From Candidatus Oxydemutatoraceae bacterium (lineage in GTDB: Bacteria; Pseudomonadota; Gammaproteobacteria; Poriferisulfidales; Oxydemutatoraceae), in NCBI GenBank assembly GCA_965220085.1, contig CBDCOZ010000003.1:576001-640000 (forward strand): DNA of 64,000 nt. Direction: 5' to 3'. The notes under the pieces were generated by a model. That model saw only the letters and a program-made list of their open reading frames with translations. It was not told the DNA's origin and did no database searches. Shown here one piece after another: positions 18,965-29,023 of this stretch (positions are counted from its first letter, which is position 1; each line of letters begins with the position of its first letter). The translations under genes were made by a program, and so were the position numbers.

Positions 18965-20272
18965 GTGAAGCTCTCTATTATCGGATCGGGGTATGTGGGT
19001 TTGGTCAGCGGCGCTTGCCTCGCCGAACTGGGGCATACGGTGGTTTGCGCGGACAAGGATGCCGACAAGATCGCGTTGCTGAACGCGGGCGGAGTGCCGA
19101 TTTATGAACTCGGGCTTGAAGCGCTGATCAAAAAGAATGTCGGGGCGGGGCGCTTGTCTTTTGTCACCGACGGTCGGGATGCGGTCGCCGCAGCGGATGC
19201 CGTTTTTATTACGGTAGACACGCCGCCTCAAGAGGATATGTCGCCGGATCTGTCTTCTGTTTTGAGCGTGATCGATGCCATTGCGCCTTGCTTGCGAGGG
19301 GAGACGGTCGTTGTCGTGAAATCGACCGTCCCGTTGGGGACGTGCGCGCGATTGAAAGACCGGTTGTCGGGGAAGGCGTCGGGCGCCGACTTTTCTGTTG
19401 TTTCTAACCCGGAGTTTTTGCGCGAAGGCAAAGCGGTGGAGGATTTTATGTCGCCGGATAGGATCGTGATCGGCGCGGATGATGACAGGGCAAAGGCGGT
19501 CATGCGCAAGATTTATCGGCCGTTCATAGAGGCGGGTCAGACGGTTTTTTATACCGATACGGGCAATTCGGAGTTGATAAAGTATGTGTCTAACGCGATG
19601 TTGGCGATGAAGGTCGCTTTTATCAATGAGGTGGCGGATCTGTGCGAAGCGATGGGGCTCGATGTCGAAGAGGTGTCGCGGGCGGTCGGTTTGGACGCCC
19701 GTATCGGGTCGCAGTTCCTGAGCGCCGGGCCGGGCTATGGCGGGTCGTGCTTTCCTAAGGATACCCACAGCTTGTTGTCGGTTGCCGACGCTGTCGGCGC
19801 GCCGATGTCCATATTGCGCAGCGTGATCGCCGCCAACGACGAGAGGAAAAAGCGTCTGGCGGAAAAAATCGCGCGGGTCGTTGCGGGCGGTTTGTCCGGC
19901 AAGGTGATTGCGGTTCTCGGTTTGGCTTTCAAGGCCGATACCGATGATATGCGGTGTGCCCCGAGCCTTGATCTGGTGCCCGCGCTTCTTGAGCAGGGCG
20001 CTGCGGTCAGGGTCTATGACCCGCAGGCGATGGCAAACGCTTCGCTTCTTTTTCCCCAAGCGGAGTATTGCGATGATGTGTATGCGGCGGCGGCCGGCGC
20101 GGATTTGTCGGTCTTTCAAACCGATTGGCAGGAGTTCCTGCGGCTTGACTGGCACAAGTTAAAAACAGCGATGAATCATCCGGCTATATACGATCTCAGA
20201 AATTTTCTGGACGGCGAGAAGGTCGCTGGCGCCGGCTTTCAATACTTTTCAATCGGTCGCTCGCCGAAGTAG
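18965..20272 (+). CDS. ugd: UDP-glucose 6-dehydrogenase
   Basis: GSGYVGLV, SNPEFLREG, GYGGSCFPKD, LGLAFKADTDD. Confidence 0.93.
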   Translation: MKLSIIGSGYVGLVSGACLAELGHTVVCADKDADKIALLNAGGVPIYELGLEALIKKNVGAGRLSFVTDGRDAVAAADAVFITVDTPPQEDMSPDLSSVLSVIDAIAPCLRGETVVVVKSTVPLGTCARLKDRLSGKASGADFSVVSNPEFLREGKAVEDFMSPDRIVIGADDDRAKAVMRKIYRPFIEAGQTVFYTDTGNSELIKYVSNAMLAMKVAFINEVADLCEAMGLDVEEVSRAVGLDARIGSQFLSAGPGYGGSCFPKDTHSLLSVADAVGAPMSILRSVIAANDERKKRLAEKIARVVAGGLSGKVIAVLGLAFKADTDDMRCAPSLDLVPALLEQGAAVRVYDPQAMANASLLFPQAEYCDDVYAAAAGADLSVFQTDWQEFLRLDWHKLKTAMNHPAIYDLRNFLDGEKVAGAGFQYFSIGRSPK

Positions 20273-20276
20273 CGCC

Positions 20277-20513
20277 ATGCCTTATTTTATTTTCAAGTTC
20301 AGAAAAGAGAATGACGCGATCGCCTCGTTGGAGAACATCGAGGCGCGGGATAATTTCAAGGAAGCAAAAACAAAAGTCAGGGCTTTGCGAGCCGCTTTGC
20401 CCGCGGGCAGCGATGCCGTCATCAAAATGGTGTTTGCCGATGAGTGGGCGCAGGCCGAATCGCGCTTGCGCGAAAAGCGCAGCCCGCCGATCTTGCGCGA
20501 GTGGGAAAAGTAA
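20277..20513 (+). CDS. Small hypothetical protein (78 aa)
   Basis: ATG 4 nt after the ugd stop; plausible composition; function not recognised. Confidence 0.65.
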   Translation: MPYFIFKFRKENDAIASLENIEARDNFKEAKTKVRALRAALPAGSDAVIKMVFADEWAQAESRLREKRSPPILREWEK

Positions 20514-20554
20514 ACCTATGTTGTTCGGGGTTTAAGCGGACGCGGTGTTCGGGT

Positions 20555-22393
20555 TTAAGCGGGCGCGGGGTTCGCGGGAGCGTCATCGTCGTCTTTTCCG
20601 AGCAGTTGGCGGAATGGTTCGTTGGTTTCGGACAACTCTTCAAAGTTGCCTGCGCCGACAATTTCCCCTTGACTCAGCACATAGATCTTGTCGGCTTGTC
20701 TCAAGGTTTCCAACCGGTGCGTAATCATCACGATGGATTTGTCTTTCCAGTGGCGGGTGATGCTTTTCATAATCTGCTTTTCTGTCGCCGCGTCTATGGA
20801 TTTGGTCGCTTCATCCAGCAACAGCATCTGGCTGTTGCCATACAGCGCCCGCGCGATGCTCAGCCGTTGTGCCTGCCCGCCCGATAGTTTGTTGCCTTTC
20901 TGACCGACCTTCGTATTAATCCCGTGCGCGAGGCCGTCGATGACTTCGTCCAGTTTGGTGACTTCTATGATATGCGCCAGACGTTCCAGATCGATTTGAT
21001 CTTCTTCGACGCCGATGGTGATGTTTGCCAGAATGGTGTCGTCTATGATGTGCGACTTTTGGATGACATAACCGATGTTTCTTTGCCAACTCTGCGCGTT
21101 GTTAAACGTAATCGGAACGCCGTCTGCCAGGAGTCTGCCTTTGTCCGGGATATGATATGCGCTCAGCAAGTCAATGACGGTGGTTTTGCCGGAACCGTTT
21201 TTCCCGACCAGCGCGACGAACTCTCCCTTATGGACCGTGAGGCTAAAGTTCTCCAAGACATTTTTTTTGTTGCTTTTGCTGTGATATTGAAAGGAGATAT
21301 TTTCCAGTTTGGCCTCCTTTTCAAACCCTATTTTTTCGGCGCTTTGAACCAAATCAATGGCGACCAACTCTTTTATCAGAGCGTAGGAGCTTTCCAGAGC
21401 CAGTTCTTGCATCTTTATGTCGGTGCTTTGTTGCAAGATAATATTGACCGACCCCGCCACCCGCATCATGACGATGATGTACACGAAGAGGAAGGTGCTG
21501 ATTCTCTCGGGCGGGTAGTCGTACCAGATTGCCGCAAAGAAACCCACCAGCAGGCTTCCGTAATGGAGACTCGACGAAATCGTTGTGATCAGATTGTTTG
21601 AAATGAGCAAAGCGCGGGCTCTTTCGGCATCCTTTTTGGTCTTTTCTATGAAACGTTCCGAGAGGTGTTGTTCCCGTCCCAGAATTTTCAATTCTTTGAG
21701 CGCCCCGAAGCGGTCTTCCAGCACGTTTTGCGCTTGCACCCGCAATTTTTCCTCTTTCGCCCCGAGCTTTTGCAGATAGGGCGCCAGAATAAATCGCGAG
21801 GCCATGGTGAGCATGAGGAAGGAACTGAGGCCGAATATGCTGGCGATAGGGAAGAAATATACGAGAACCGACGAGGCGATGACAAAGGTAAAGGTATTGC
21901 TCAACACCAACGAGATGCTTTTGGATACCGCGCTCAGTGACAGGCAGCCGCGGTCTATCAGTTGCACCGGATTGCCGCCTTTGAATCTCCCGTAGTCATA
22001 CGTCAAAAAGTTCCTGAACAAGGACCTGGCCAACGCGATTTGTTTTCTGGACAGAAACAAATCGGTAATGTTGTTTATGAAAGTGGTCATGAAGCCTTGG
22101 AAGATCTGCGCGATGATGGCGGCTATGACCAAGATCACCAGCAGGTCCTGATACGATGTGCTCTGCAAAAAGTTTTCAATGACCGTCTTTGCGCTTTCCG
22201 GCAGAATTTCTCCGGCGCGGCCCATGCCTTTCTTGGAGTTGGGCGACACGACCAATCTGATCATCGGCAGAATGAGAAGCATCGGCAGAAACTGAAGTAT
22301 GGAGGTCACCATTTGCCCGGCGCTGAGAATGGTGAGCTGGGTGATGCCGCGCTTGCCGATGATGCGGAAGAAGAAATAAAGGCTTCTGATCAT
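20555..22393 (-). CDS. ABC exporter, fused permease/ATPase (PglK/MsbA-like, possible glycolipid flippase)
   Basis: N-terminal transmembrane domain, Walker A GKNGSGKT, LSGGQAQR, LLLDEAT, ITHRL. Confidence 0.88.
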   Translation of the reverse strand: MIRSLYFFFRIIGKRGITQLTILSAGQMVTSILQFLPMLLILPMIRLVVSPNSKKGMGRAGEILPESAKTVIENFLQSTSYQDLLVILVIAAIIAQIFQGFMTTFINNITDLFLSRKQIALARSLFRNFLTYDYGRFKGGNPVQLIDRGCLSLSAVSKSISLVLSNTFTFVIASSVLVYFFPIASIFGLSSFLMLTMASRFILAPYLQKLGAKEEKLRVQAQNVLEDRFGALKELKILGREQHLSERFIEKTKKDAERARALLISNNLITTISSSLHYGSLLVGFFAAIWYDYPPERISTFLFVYIIVMMRVAGSVNIILQQSTDIKMQELALESSYALIKELVAIDLVQSAEKIGFEKEAKLENISFQYHSKSNKKNVLENFSLTVHKGEFVALVGKNGSGKTTVIDLLSAYHIPDKGRLLADGVPITFNNAQSWQRNIGYVIQKSHIIDDTILANITIGVEEDQIDLERLAHIIEVTKLDEVIDGLAHGINTKVGQKGNKLSGGQAQRLSIARALYGNSQMLLLDEATKSIDAATEKQIMKSITRHWKDKSIVMITHRLETLRQADKIYVLSQGEIVGAGNFEELSETNEPFRQLLGKDDDDAPANPAPA

Positions 22394-22623
22394 GATTTTG
22401 TTTTATGAGTTATTTCCGTGTTTGGGGTCTGTCTGTCGAAAAAAGCTATGCTTGCCATAAGGTTCTATGCCTATGTATTGGCGGTAATTATATAAGCGGC
22501 ATAAGTCTTTTGCCATTTGATATTATACTACCTGACATACCGACCGCCTCATGACTGGCGCTTTGTTTGTAATCAGCCGATTGTGGCGGTCGGTTTCCAT
22601 AAATATATGTGCGGGAGAAAAAA

Positions 22624-23250
22624 ATGAATGTGAAACGATTTTTAATTGGCCTTTTGGCGGCGCTCAGCTTGAGTTTGACCGGATGCGCATCTATGTCTTC
22701 GACATGGGATTGGTTTTTTGAGGATGACGAGGAGCAAATGGCCGATGCCGAGTATGAGGAGGATGAGTTTGAAGAGGAATTTGAGGACGAGTTTGAGGAC
22801 GAATTCGAAGAAGAGTTTGAAGAGGATGAGTTCGAAGAAGAGATGATGGATGATGATTACGGTGATCGGCCGATGGAACAAGAGCGGCGCCGTAATCGGG
22901 CGTCTGTGTCCGCAAAGACCCCGCAACGCGTCGCTATCTATTTTGACTATAAAAGCGCTTCGATTCCGGCCAACGGCATGAATTTGCTGCAGTTGCACGG
23001 GCAGTATCTGCGCAGCAATCCGGATCGCACCGTCGTGCTGGCGGGGCATACCGATTCGGTTGCGCCGGCCGAATACAACCGGCGGCTTTCCATGCAAAGG
23101 GCGCAGTCTGTGGCGCGAGCGCTGGTGCAAATGGGCGTGTCCGAGTCGCAAATCCGGGTGGTTGCCCGCGGCGAGGAGGAGCTTGCGGCTCCCGGCGATG
23201 ACGAGCAGGCGCAGGCTCTGAACCGGAGAGTGGAACTCATCTATCAGTAA
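22624..23250 (+). CDS. OmpA/Pal-family lipoprotein with acidic linker
   Basis: Lipobox LTGC, IYFDY, GHTD..YNRRLSMQRA, NRRVEL. Confidence 0.88.
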   Translation: MNVKRFLIGLLAALSLSLTGCASMSSTWDWFFEDDEEQMADAEYEEDEFEEEFEDEFEDEFEEEFEEDEFEEEMMDDDYGDRPMEQERRRNRASVSAKTPQRVAIYFDYKSASIPANGMNLLQLHGQYLRSNPDRTVVLAGHTDSVAPAEYNRRLSMQRAQSVARALVQMGVSESQIRVVARGEEELAAPGDDEQAQALNRRVELIYQ

Positions 23251-23303
23251 GCGTTTGTTTTGGGGATGGCGGCGGCGGGGGGTTGCGGCTCCCTCCGCCA
23301 TCC

Positions 23304-23699
23304 TCACGATACGCGTTTGGCGGGCGATGACCTTTTCTTGCGGATGCGCACCGCGCGATTCTTGTCAAAAAATACGACCAGTCTGTGGCGCTCGTTTTCT
23401 TTGTACAGAGAATCCACATAGTAGACATAATCCCAGCGGTCTTCGCGGAACATGCTGGGCAGAATGGGTTTGCCGAGCAGGAAAGCGACCTGTTCCTTGC
23501 TCATGCCGGGCTTGATTTCCGCGATGGTCTCTGCGGTGAGTACGTTGCCTTGCGGGATATCCATGCGATAGAGCCGGAATGTATCGGCTGAAAACATTCT
23601 CTCAAAAAAGCTTGCGGTCTCGGACGGCCGGTTGCTTGAGCACGCGCCGACTGCCAGAGATATGACCAGATATAGTGATAAGTACGGGGTATGTCGCAT
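23304..23699 (-). CDS. bamE: Outer membrane assembly lipoprotein BamE
   Basis: Lipobox VGAC, YRMDIPQGN, GMSKEQVAFLLGKP, RWDYVY; divergent from fur. Confidence 0.93.
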   Translation of the reverse strand: MRHTPYLSLYLVISLAVGACSSNRPSETASFFERMFSADTFRLYRMDIPQGNVLTAETIAEIKPGMSKEQVAFLLGKPILPSMFREDRWDYVYYVDSLYKENERHRLVVFFDKNRAVRIRKKRSSPAKRVS

Positions 23700-23722
23700 T
23701 TGCTGTGATAATGGGGCTCGGA

Positions 23723-25027
23723 TTAAAATGATAACATACGATGAGGGGCAGGGCGTGTATGGTGCCAGTACATATTGGAAACTTTGGGCAAATGTTGTGT
23801 AATTTGTGCCATAGGTGTTTGGAGCCTCAATCCATAATGTGGTCGTTGGGTATTAAACCATAGCAGGCAGTCTATCATACGCTCATTGAATTCCCGAATA
23901 TCGGTCAGCAACAAGCCCTCTTCAAACTCCACAAATTCTTCCTGGAGCGCGCGGTTAAAGCGTTCATTGAATGCATTCATCTTCGGGCATTTCGGATACG
24001 TGTGGCAGTGGCGGATACCCTGCTCTTGCAGGCAGCGATCAAACGCGCCGCAGAACTCGGAGCCGTTGTCGGTGAGCGCTTGCTCTATCTTGGCGGGAAA
24101 AACTTGCATCACCAACTTCATAAAGAACTCGGCGGCGATGCTGTTGCCACGAGGGACGCCGATAGCAAAACCAAACCGGCTATGCAAATCTACGGCCGTG
24201 AACAGATAACGGCGATGACCTTGAATAAATCGTTGCGCGGTATCCATAGCGATGCAATACCCGGGATACGTGGCCTTGGAACCCTTTTTAAGACGGTGCT
24301 TGCGCTTGCTTTGCGGTGTGCGCTGCCGCCGCACGGTCGCGCGCCCCCCGCACATCTTATCGGCTTCGCCGGCAATCAGTCGCGCGATGGGTGCGCGGCT
24401 TGGGACAACGCAAGCCACGCTCGTCACACCACGGTTGAATCAGCAGGTATGGCTTGGGTGGGCAAACAACATGTAATGAGGCACAATAATGAGAGGCACA
24501 AACAACTTTGTTGTTTGTGTATTTTTTGATGAGAGGCACAAACAACTTTGTTGTTTGTGTATTTTTTGATGAGAGCACAAACGATATGAGAGCACAGTGA
24601 TAAGAGCACAAACAACTCTGTTGTTTGTGTGTTCTTAGATTTGTTGTTTGTGGTTCCTTAAGTTGTTTGTGTTCCATAAACTGTTTGCGGGTTGGGTATG
24701 GGGTGCGCCGTAGGGATAGTTTTCGCGGTGTCGCCGAATCTCGGCGATTATCTCCGCAGACCAGTCGCGCCGGCGTGGCTGGCGCGGGGTTGTGCTCTGA
24801 TTGACTAAGCCGTTAATGCCATAAAGCCGATATTGTTTCTGCCACTTATAGAGCGATGAGGGGCTGACATGGTAAGCGTCTATGCTGGCTTTTATGTTGT
24901 GTTTCTCCCATAATATAAGGGCGTCAAGTTTCTGTTTTGCTTTATAGCTCATAGTTGCCTCGTCTATTGAAAAAGCAGCTATTTTATAGAAACCTTTGAT
25001 GCCGTGGCCGATGTGTTGATATTGCAT
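23723..25027 (-). pseudogene. Transposase (integrase core DDE) broken by an insertion and a frameshift
   Basis: N-part with SLYKWQKQY HTH (24706-25027); C-part with IAMDT, TDNGSEF, PKMNAFNERFNR, FNTQRPH; 240-bp insert at 24461-24700 and a +1 frameshift near 24390. Confidence 0.88.
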
Positions 25028-25082
25028 GTCGGCTACGTTTTTTGTTGAAGCCAAGAATCCGGAATGTTTCTGGCATTATGCA
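23756..25082 (-). mobile_element. IS481-like insertion sequence (degenerate)
   Basis: Imperfect terminal inverted repeats (TGTATGGTGCCAGTA and TGCATAATGCCAGAA) and a 5-bp target duplication GGGCG at 23751-23755 and 25083-25087; contains an HTH + rve/DDE transposase. Confidence 0.85.
24461..24700 (-). repeat. CACAAAC modular repeat element, copy 2, inserted in the transposase
   Basis: Contains a tandem duplication of gagaggcacaaacaactttgttgtttgtgtattttttgat; flanked by GGGTG at 24456-24460 and 24701-24705. Confidence 0.88.
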
Positions 25083-25099
25083 GGGCGCATGAGGCGTTG

Positions 25100-25196
25100 T
25101 TTCATGTGCGCATTTAATGAGGCACAAACAATACTTAATTGTTTGCGGATTGTTTAATGAGGCACAAACAATACTTAACTGTTTGCGGATTGTTTT
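25100..25196 (-). repeat. CACAAAC modular repeat element, copy 3, directly upstream of fur
   Basis: Tandem duplication of tttaatgaggcacaaacaatacttaa(t/c)tgtttgcggattg. Confidence 0.85.
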
Positions 25197-25619
25197 ATGA
25201 GTATGTCACAAAAAGAGTTGAGAGCGGCTGGTTTGGTTGTCACGGTTCCAAGACTCAAGGTGCTTGAGTTGATGGAACAGGGCAAAGACAGGCATATGAC
25301 CGCCGATGATATATACCACAAGTTGGCCGAAGACAATCAGGATATCAGCCTGGGTACGGTGTATAGGGTGTTGACTCAGTTTGAGGCGGCCGGGTTGGTT
25401 ATTCGCAGCCAGTTTGAAAAAGGGCGCGCTTATTATGAGTTGAACAGCGGCAACCATCACGACCATATGATTTGCACGCAATGCGGAAAAATCATGGAAT
25501 TCTTTGATGATGTCCACGAAGACCGCTTGGAAAAAATCAGCGCGGCGCAAAACTGCAAGTTAAACGATCACTTTCTGGTGCTGTATGTTACCTGTCCCGC
25601 TTGTCGCAAAAGCGGTTAA
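25197..25619 (+). CDS. fur: Ferric uptake regulator
   Basis: TVPRLKVLEL, HMTADDIY, GTVYRVLTQFEAAGL, HHDHMICTQCG. Confidence 0.95.
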   Translation: MSMSQKELRAAGLVVTVPRLKVLELMEQGKDRHMTADDIYHKLAEDNQDISLGTVYRVLTQFEAAGLVIRSQFEKGRAYYELNSGNHHDHMICTQCGKIMEFFDDVHEDRLEKISAAQNCKLNDHFLVLYVTCPACRKSG

Positions 25620-27298
25620 TTCGCCAAAAGCGAGGCTTTTTCAAGCATCTCTTGCGCATAGCTCAGCGATTGCCGGGTTATTTCGGCGCCCGCCATCATC
25701 CTCGCCACTTCGTGTCGGCGCTCGGTCTTATCCAGCATTTTTATTTGCACTTGGGTCGTATTTTGATCCGATGACTTGTCTACCGAGTAATGATGCCCGG
25801 CATAACTCGCGACTTGCGGCAGGTGCGTGATGCAAAAGACTTGGGCATTTTGGCTGATCGTCTTGAGCAACTTGCCGACCGCTTCGGCGGTAGCCCCGCC
25901 GACACCGCTGTCGACTTCGTCAAAGATCAGCACCGGGGTCGTGCGGTATTTTGACAGCGCCATCTGCAACGCGAGGCTGATGCGCGATAGCTCGCCGCCC
26001 GATGCGATCAGCGCGAGCGATTGCGCCGCGTATCCGGGGTTTGTTTGCATCATAAACTCTGCGCGCTCATAGCCGTTCGGCGCGGGTTGTTCTTTGTCGG
26101 CGGGGGTGAGGCGTATTTCCAGTTGCGCTTTCGCCATATTCAATTGGCGCAAGGTGTTTGTCACTTCTTGCTCTATTTGTTTTGCGACCTGACGGCGTTT
26201 TTGACTGATCGCCGTCGCCAGTTTTGCGTATTCCGCTTTGATTCTTTCGCGTTCTTCCTCCAGTTCCTCCCGCTTGGTTTCGGCATTGTCCAGTTGCGCC
26301 AGTTCGGATTGGGCTTTCTGCAGGACATCAAACAATAACTGCGGTTGCGCTTTGTAGCGCCGCGCCAGTTCGCATATTTGTCGCAGGCGTTCCTCAAGGC
26401 GCTTGAAATCTTGTTCGTCGGTGTTGATGCTTTCAAGACAGGCGCGTATGTCGCGCGACGCATCGTTGATTTGCGACAGCGCGCCGAGTATCAGTTGGGC
26501 GGCGCTTTTGATCTGATTATCGTATTCGCTCAGGGGTTCCAGAATCGCTCTGACTTGGTTCAGAGAGCCCGTCACCGACGGCTCGTCTCCGTCGAGAATC
26601 TGATCGGTTTGAGTCAGGCTGGTTCTGAGTTCTTCTCCGCGCGCCAACTTGCGATGTTCTTGCTCGACTTTTTCATATTCTCCTTCGCTGATCTCGTTGC
26701 GCTCCAGATCTTCGATCTGTTGTTTGAGAATTTCGCAGCGGATTTCTCTTTCGCGCAGGTTATCGGCATGCGTTTCCAACCGCTTGCCGGTTTCGCGCCA
26801 TTGTTCGTACAGCCGGTTCATCTTTTCCACCTGTTCCAGATGGTCGCAGCGGACGTCGATCAACCATAGTTGATAGTCTTTGTTGAGCAGCTTCTGGTGC
26901 GCATTTTGTCCGACGATATCCACGATCAACGAACCGAGTTCTTTCAGTTGTTGGAGCGTGACCAGAGAATCGTTGATATGCGCTTGCGACCGCCCGTCCT
27001 TGGAACAGGCGCGGCGGAGAATGCAACTGTCGTCTTCGGTATCCAGCGCGTGGTCTCGCAACCACTCGCGCACGCGCGGCAAATCGCCGGTGTCGATCGC
27101 GATGCTGACGCGCAGTTTTTCCGCGTCGGCGCGCACCAGATTGCTGCGCGCCCGCTTGCCCAGCGCCATCTCCAGCGCGTCTATCAGGATGGATTTGCCG
27201 GCGCCCGTTTCCCCGGTCAGCACAGAAAAACCGTTGTCAAATTCCGCCCGGATGCGATCGATGACCGCAAAATTTTCTACTGTCAGCGCTTTGAGCAT
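25616..27298 (-). CDS. recN: DNA repair protein RecN
   Basis: LTGETGAGKSILIDAL, ASGGELSR, IFDEVDSGVGG, CITHLPQVA. Confidence 0.96.
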   Translation of the reverse strand: MLKALTVENFAVIDRIRAEFDNGFSVLTGETGAGKSILIDALEMALGKRARSNLVRADAEKLRVSIAIDTGDLPRVREWLRDHALDTEDDSCILRRACSKDGRSQAHINDSLVTLQQLKELGSLIVDIVGQNAHQKLLNKDYQLWLIDVRCDHLEQVEKMNRLYEQWRETGKRLETHADNLREREIRCEILKQQIEDLERNEISEGEYEKVEQEHRKLARGEELRTSLTQTDQILDGDEPSVTGSLNQVRAILEPLSEYDNQIKSAAQLILGALSQINDASRDIRACLESINTDEQDFKRLEERLRQICELARRYKAQPQLLFDVLQKAQSELAQLDNAETKREELEEERERIKAEYAKLATAISQKRRQVAKQIEQEVTNTLRQLNMAKAQLEIRLTPADKEQPAPNGYERAEFMMQTNPGYAAQSLALIASGGELSRISLALQMALSKYRTTPVLIFDEVDSGVGGATAEAVGKLLKTISQNAQVFCITHLPQVASYAGHHYSVDKSSDQNTTQVQIKMLDKTERRHEVARMMAGAEITRQSLSYAQEMLEKASLLAN

Positions 27299-27308
27299 GG
27301 CATATGCG

Positions 27309-28211
27309 TTACAGCTTTTCGCTCCACTTGAGTTTTGTTCTCAGGGTGCCGAAGTAGTCGTGACTGGAAGGCTGTATCAGTGTCAATTTGTTTTTGAACG
27401 GTTTGATGACCAGCCTGTCCCCGGGCATCAGATCGCGGGTCAGTTGCCCGTCTATGGCGACCACCGCATCGCTGCGCGGTTCGTGGTTGACCTTGACTTC
27501 GATGACTTTGTGCCAATCTACGACGATCGGGCGGTTGCTCAGCGTGTGCGGGCAGATGGGCACTAACAAGGTCGCTTCCATCGTCGGCTCAAGCAGCGGC
27601 CCGCCGCTGGAGAGCGCATAGGCGGTGGAGCCGGTGGGCGTTGCGATGATCAGGCCGTCCGACCAGACCGTATTCAAGAACACATCGTCCACTGTGGTGT
27701 CGAGTTCGACCATCCGTACCGTGTCTTTGTTGCGAATGGCGACATCGTTACAAGCGACAAATTGCCCCAGACATGTGTCCTCTCTCCTATGCTGGGTTGC
27801 CAGCATCGCTCTTTTTTCAAGTTTGTAGTGTCCGGCGAATATCTGATCTAATTCGGTCTCAAAATTATTGGGCGTGATTTCCACCAGAAACCCGAGCCGC
27901 CCCAAGTTGATACCGATGACGGGCGTATCCTCTTCGGCACACGCGCGGCTGACTTTCAACAGGGTGCCGTCGCCGCCTATTACGATGATCAGGTCGCAGA
28001 GGCCGGCAATATCATCGTAGGCGACGATGTTTGCCCGTATGCCGTCAAACGCATCTTTGTCTTCTTCGCAGACGGCGAGGGCGCCGAAACGGCGGCTGAG
28101 GTATGTGCCAATCTGTTGCGCAACCTGATTGACCTCGTTGTCGGTATCGCTGCTCTTATCGCTATGCTTTAGAATCAGACCGACTTTTTTTATTTGTTCA
28201 ATGCTTTTCAT
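27309..28211 (-). CDS. nadK: NAD(+) kinase
   Basis: GGDGTLL, GINLGRLGFL, DGLIIATPTGSTAYALSSGGP. Confidence 0.95.
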   Translation of the reverse strand: MKSIEQIKKVGLILKHSDKSSDTDNEVNQVAQQIGTYLSRRFGALAVCEEDKDAFDGIRANIVAYDDIAGLCDLIIVIGGDGTLLKVSRACAEEDTPVIGINLGRLGFLVEITPNNFETELDQIFAGHYKLEKRAMLATQHRREDTCLGQFVACNDVAIRNKDTVRMVELDTTVDDVFLNTVWSDGLIIATPTGSTAYALSSGGPLLEPTMEATLLVPICPHTLSNRPIVVDWHKVIEVKVNHEPRSDAVVAIDGQLTRDLMPGDRLVIKPFKNKLTLIQPSSHDYFGTLRTKLKWSEKL

Positions 28212-28286
28212 GTTTATCAGTATAATATCCGACCGAAATAACTCTATTAAAAACATTTTATATTAATTTCATCTCGGCAGAGAATC

Positions 28287-28883
28287 ATGACTACCAATGG
28301 CGCAGACCCTGCGGAAGGGGCGAAGAACGAAGACGATAAGCAGGCGCAAGGGGAGCAAGCCGCCGGCGGCTCGCCGCAACAAGCGGCGCCCGCCGACGAT
28401 GCGCAAAAACGATTTGAGGAGGCGGCGCGTCGCGCCGATGACAACTGGGAGAAGTTTGTGCGCGCTCAGGCCGAGGTTGAGAATATGCGCAAACGAACCG
28501 TTCGCGATGTCGAGCAGGCGCGGCTGTATGCGATAGAAAAGTTTGTATCGGAGATACTGGCGGTAAAAGACAGTTTGGAATTGGGTTTGGAGAAACCGGA
28601 TTCGAACAGGGAAAAATTATACGAGGGCGTAGCGCTCACCCTGAAGCTTTTGAATCAGATATTTGAGAAGTTTGAAATCAAGGAGATTGTTCCTCAGGGC
28701 GAGGCGTTTAATCCGGACGAGCACCAGGCGATGCTGACACAAGCGGATTCCGGTCAGGCGCCCGGTACCGTGCTGGAGGTCGTACAGAAGGGATACTCGC
28801 TGAGCGGTCGTCTGTTGCGACCGGCGCTGGTGAATGTGGCGGACAAGGCCGATAAGGCCAATCAGGACGGGTCGCCCCGATAA
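28287..28883 (+). CDS. grpE: Nucleotide exchange factor GrpE
   Basis: RAQAEVENMRKR, FNPDEHQAM, QKGYSLSGRLLRPALV. Confidence 0.96.
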   Translation: MTTNGADPAEGAKNEDDKQAQGEQAAGGSPQQAAPADDAQKRFEEAARRADDNWEKFVRAQAEVENMRKRTVRDVEQARLYAIEKFVSEILAVKDSLELGLEKPDSNREKLYEGVALTLKLLNQIFEKFEIKEIVPQGEAFNPDEHQAMLTQADSGQAPGTVLEVVQKGYSLSGRLLRPALVNVADKADKANQDGSPR

Positions 28884-28957
28884 GGCTGTTTTGCAGGCCA
28901 ATTTTTCTTTGAGATAACCCGAAACAAAGGCAAAACGGGCAAAATCGGAAATAAGAA

Positions 28958-28985
28958 CTTGCGCAATGGCTTTTCGCCCATATAT
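28958..28985 (+). promoter_or_regulatory. Putative sigma32 promoter for dnaK
   Basis: CTTGCG-N13-CCCATAT resembles the CTTGAA..CCCCAT consensus and sits upstream of a heat-shock gene. Confidence 0.5.
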
Positions 28986-29023
28986 AACCGCAAATAACCT
29001 TATGTGGAGGCATAACTGAAACA

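Noticed and set aside
20555-22393. ABC exporter as the secretion machine for LEGPLR proteins
   Set aside because: No adjacent HlyD/TolC genes. It resembles glycolipid flippases and lies next to ugd, and the putative substrates carry Sec-type signals.
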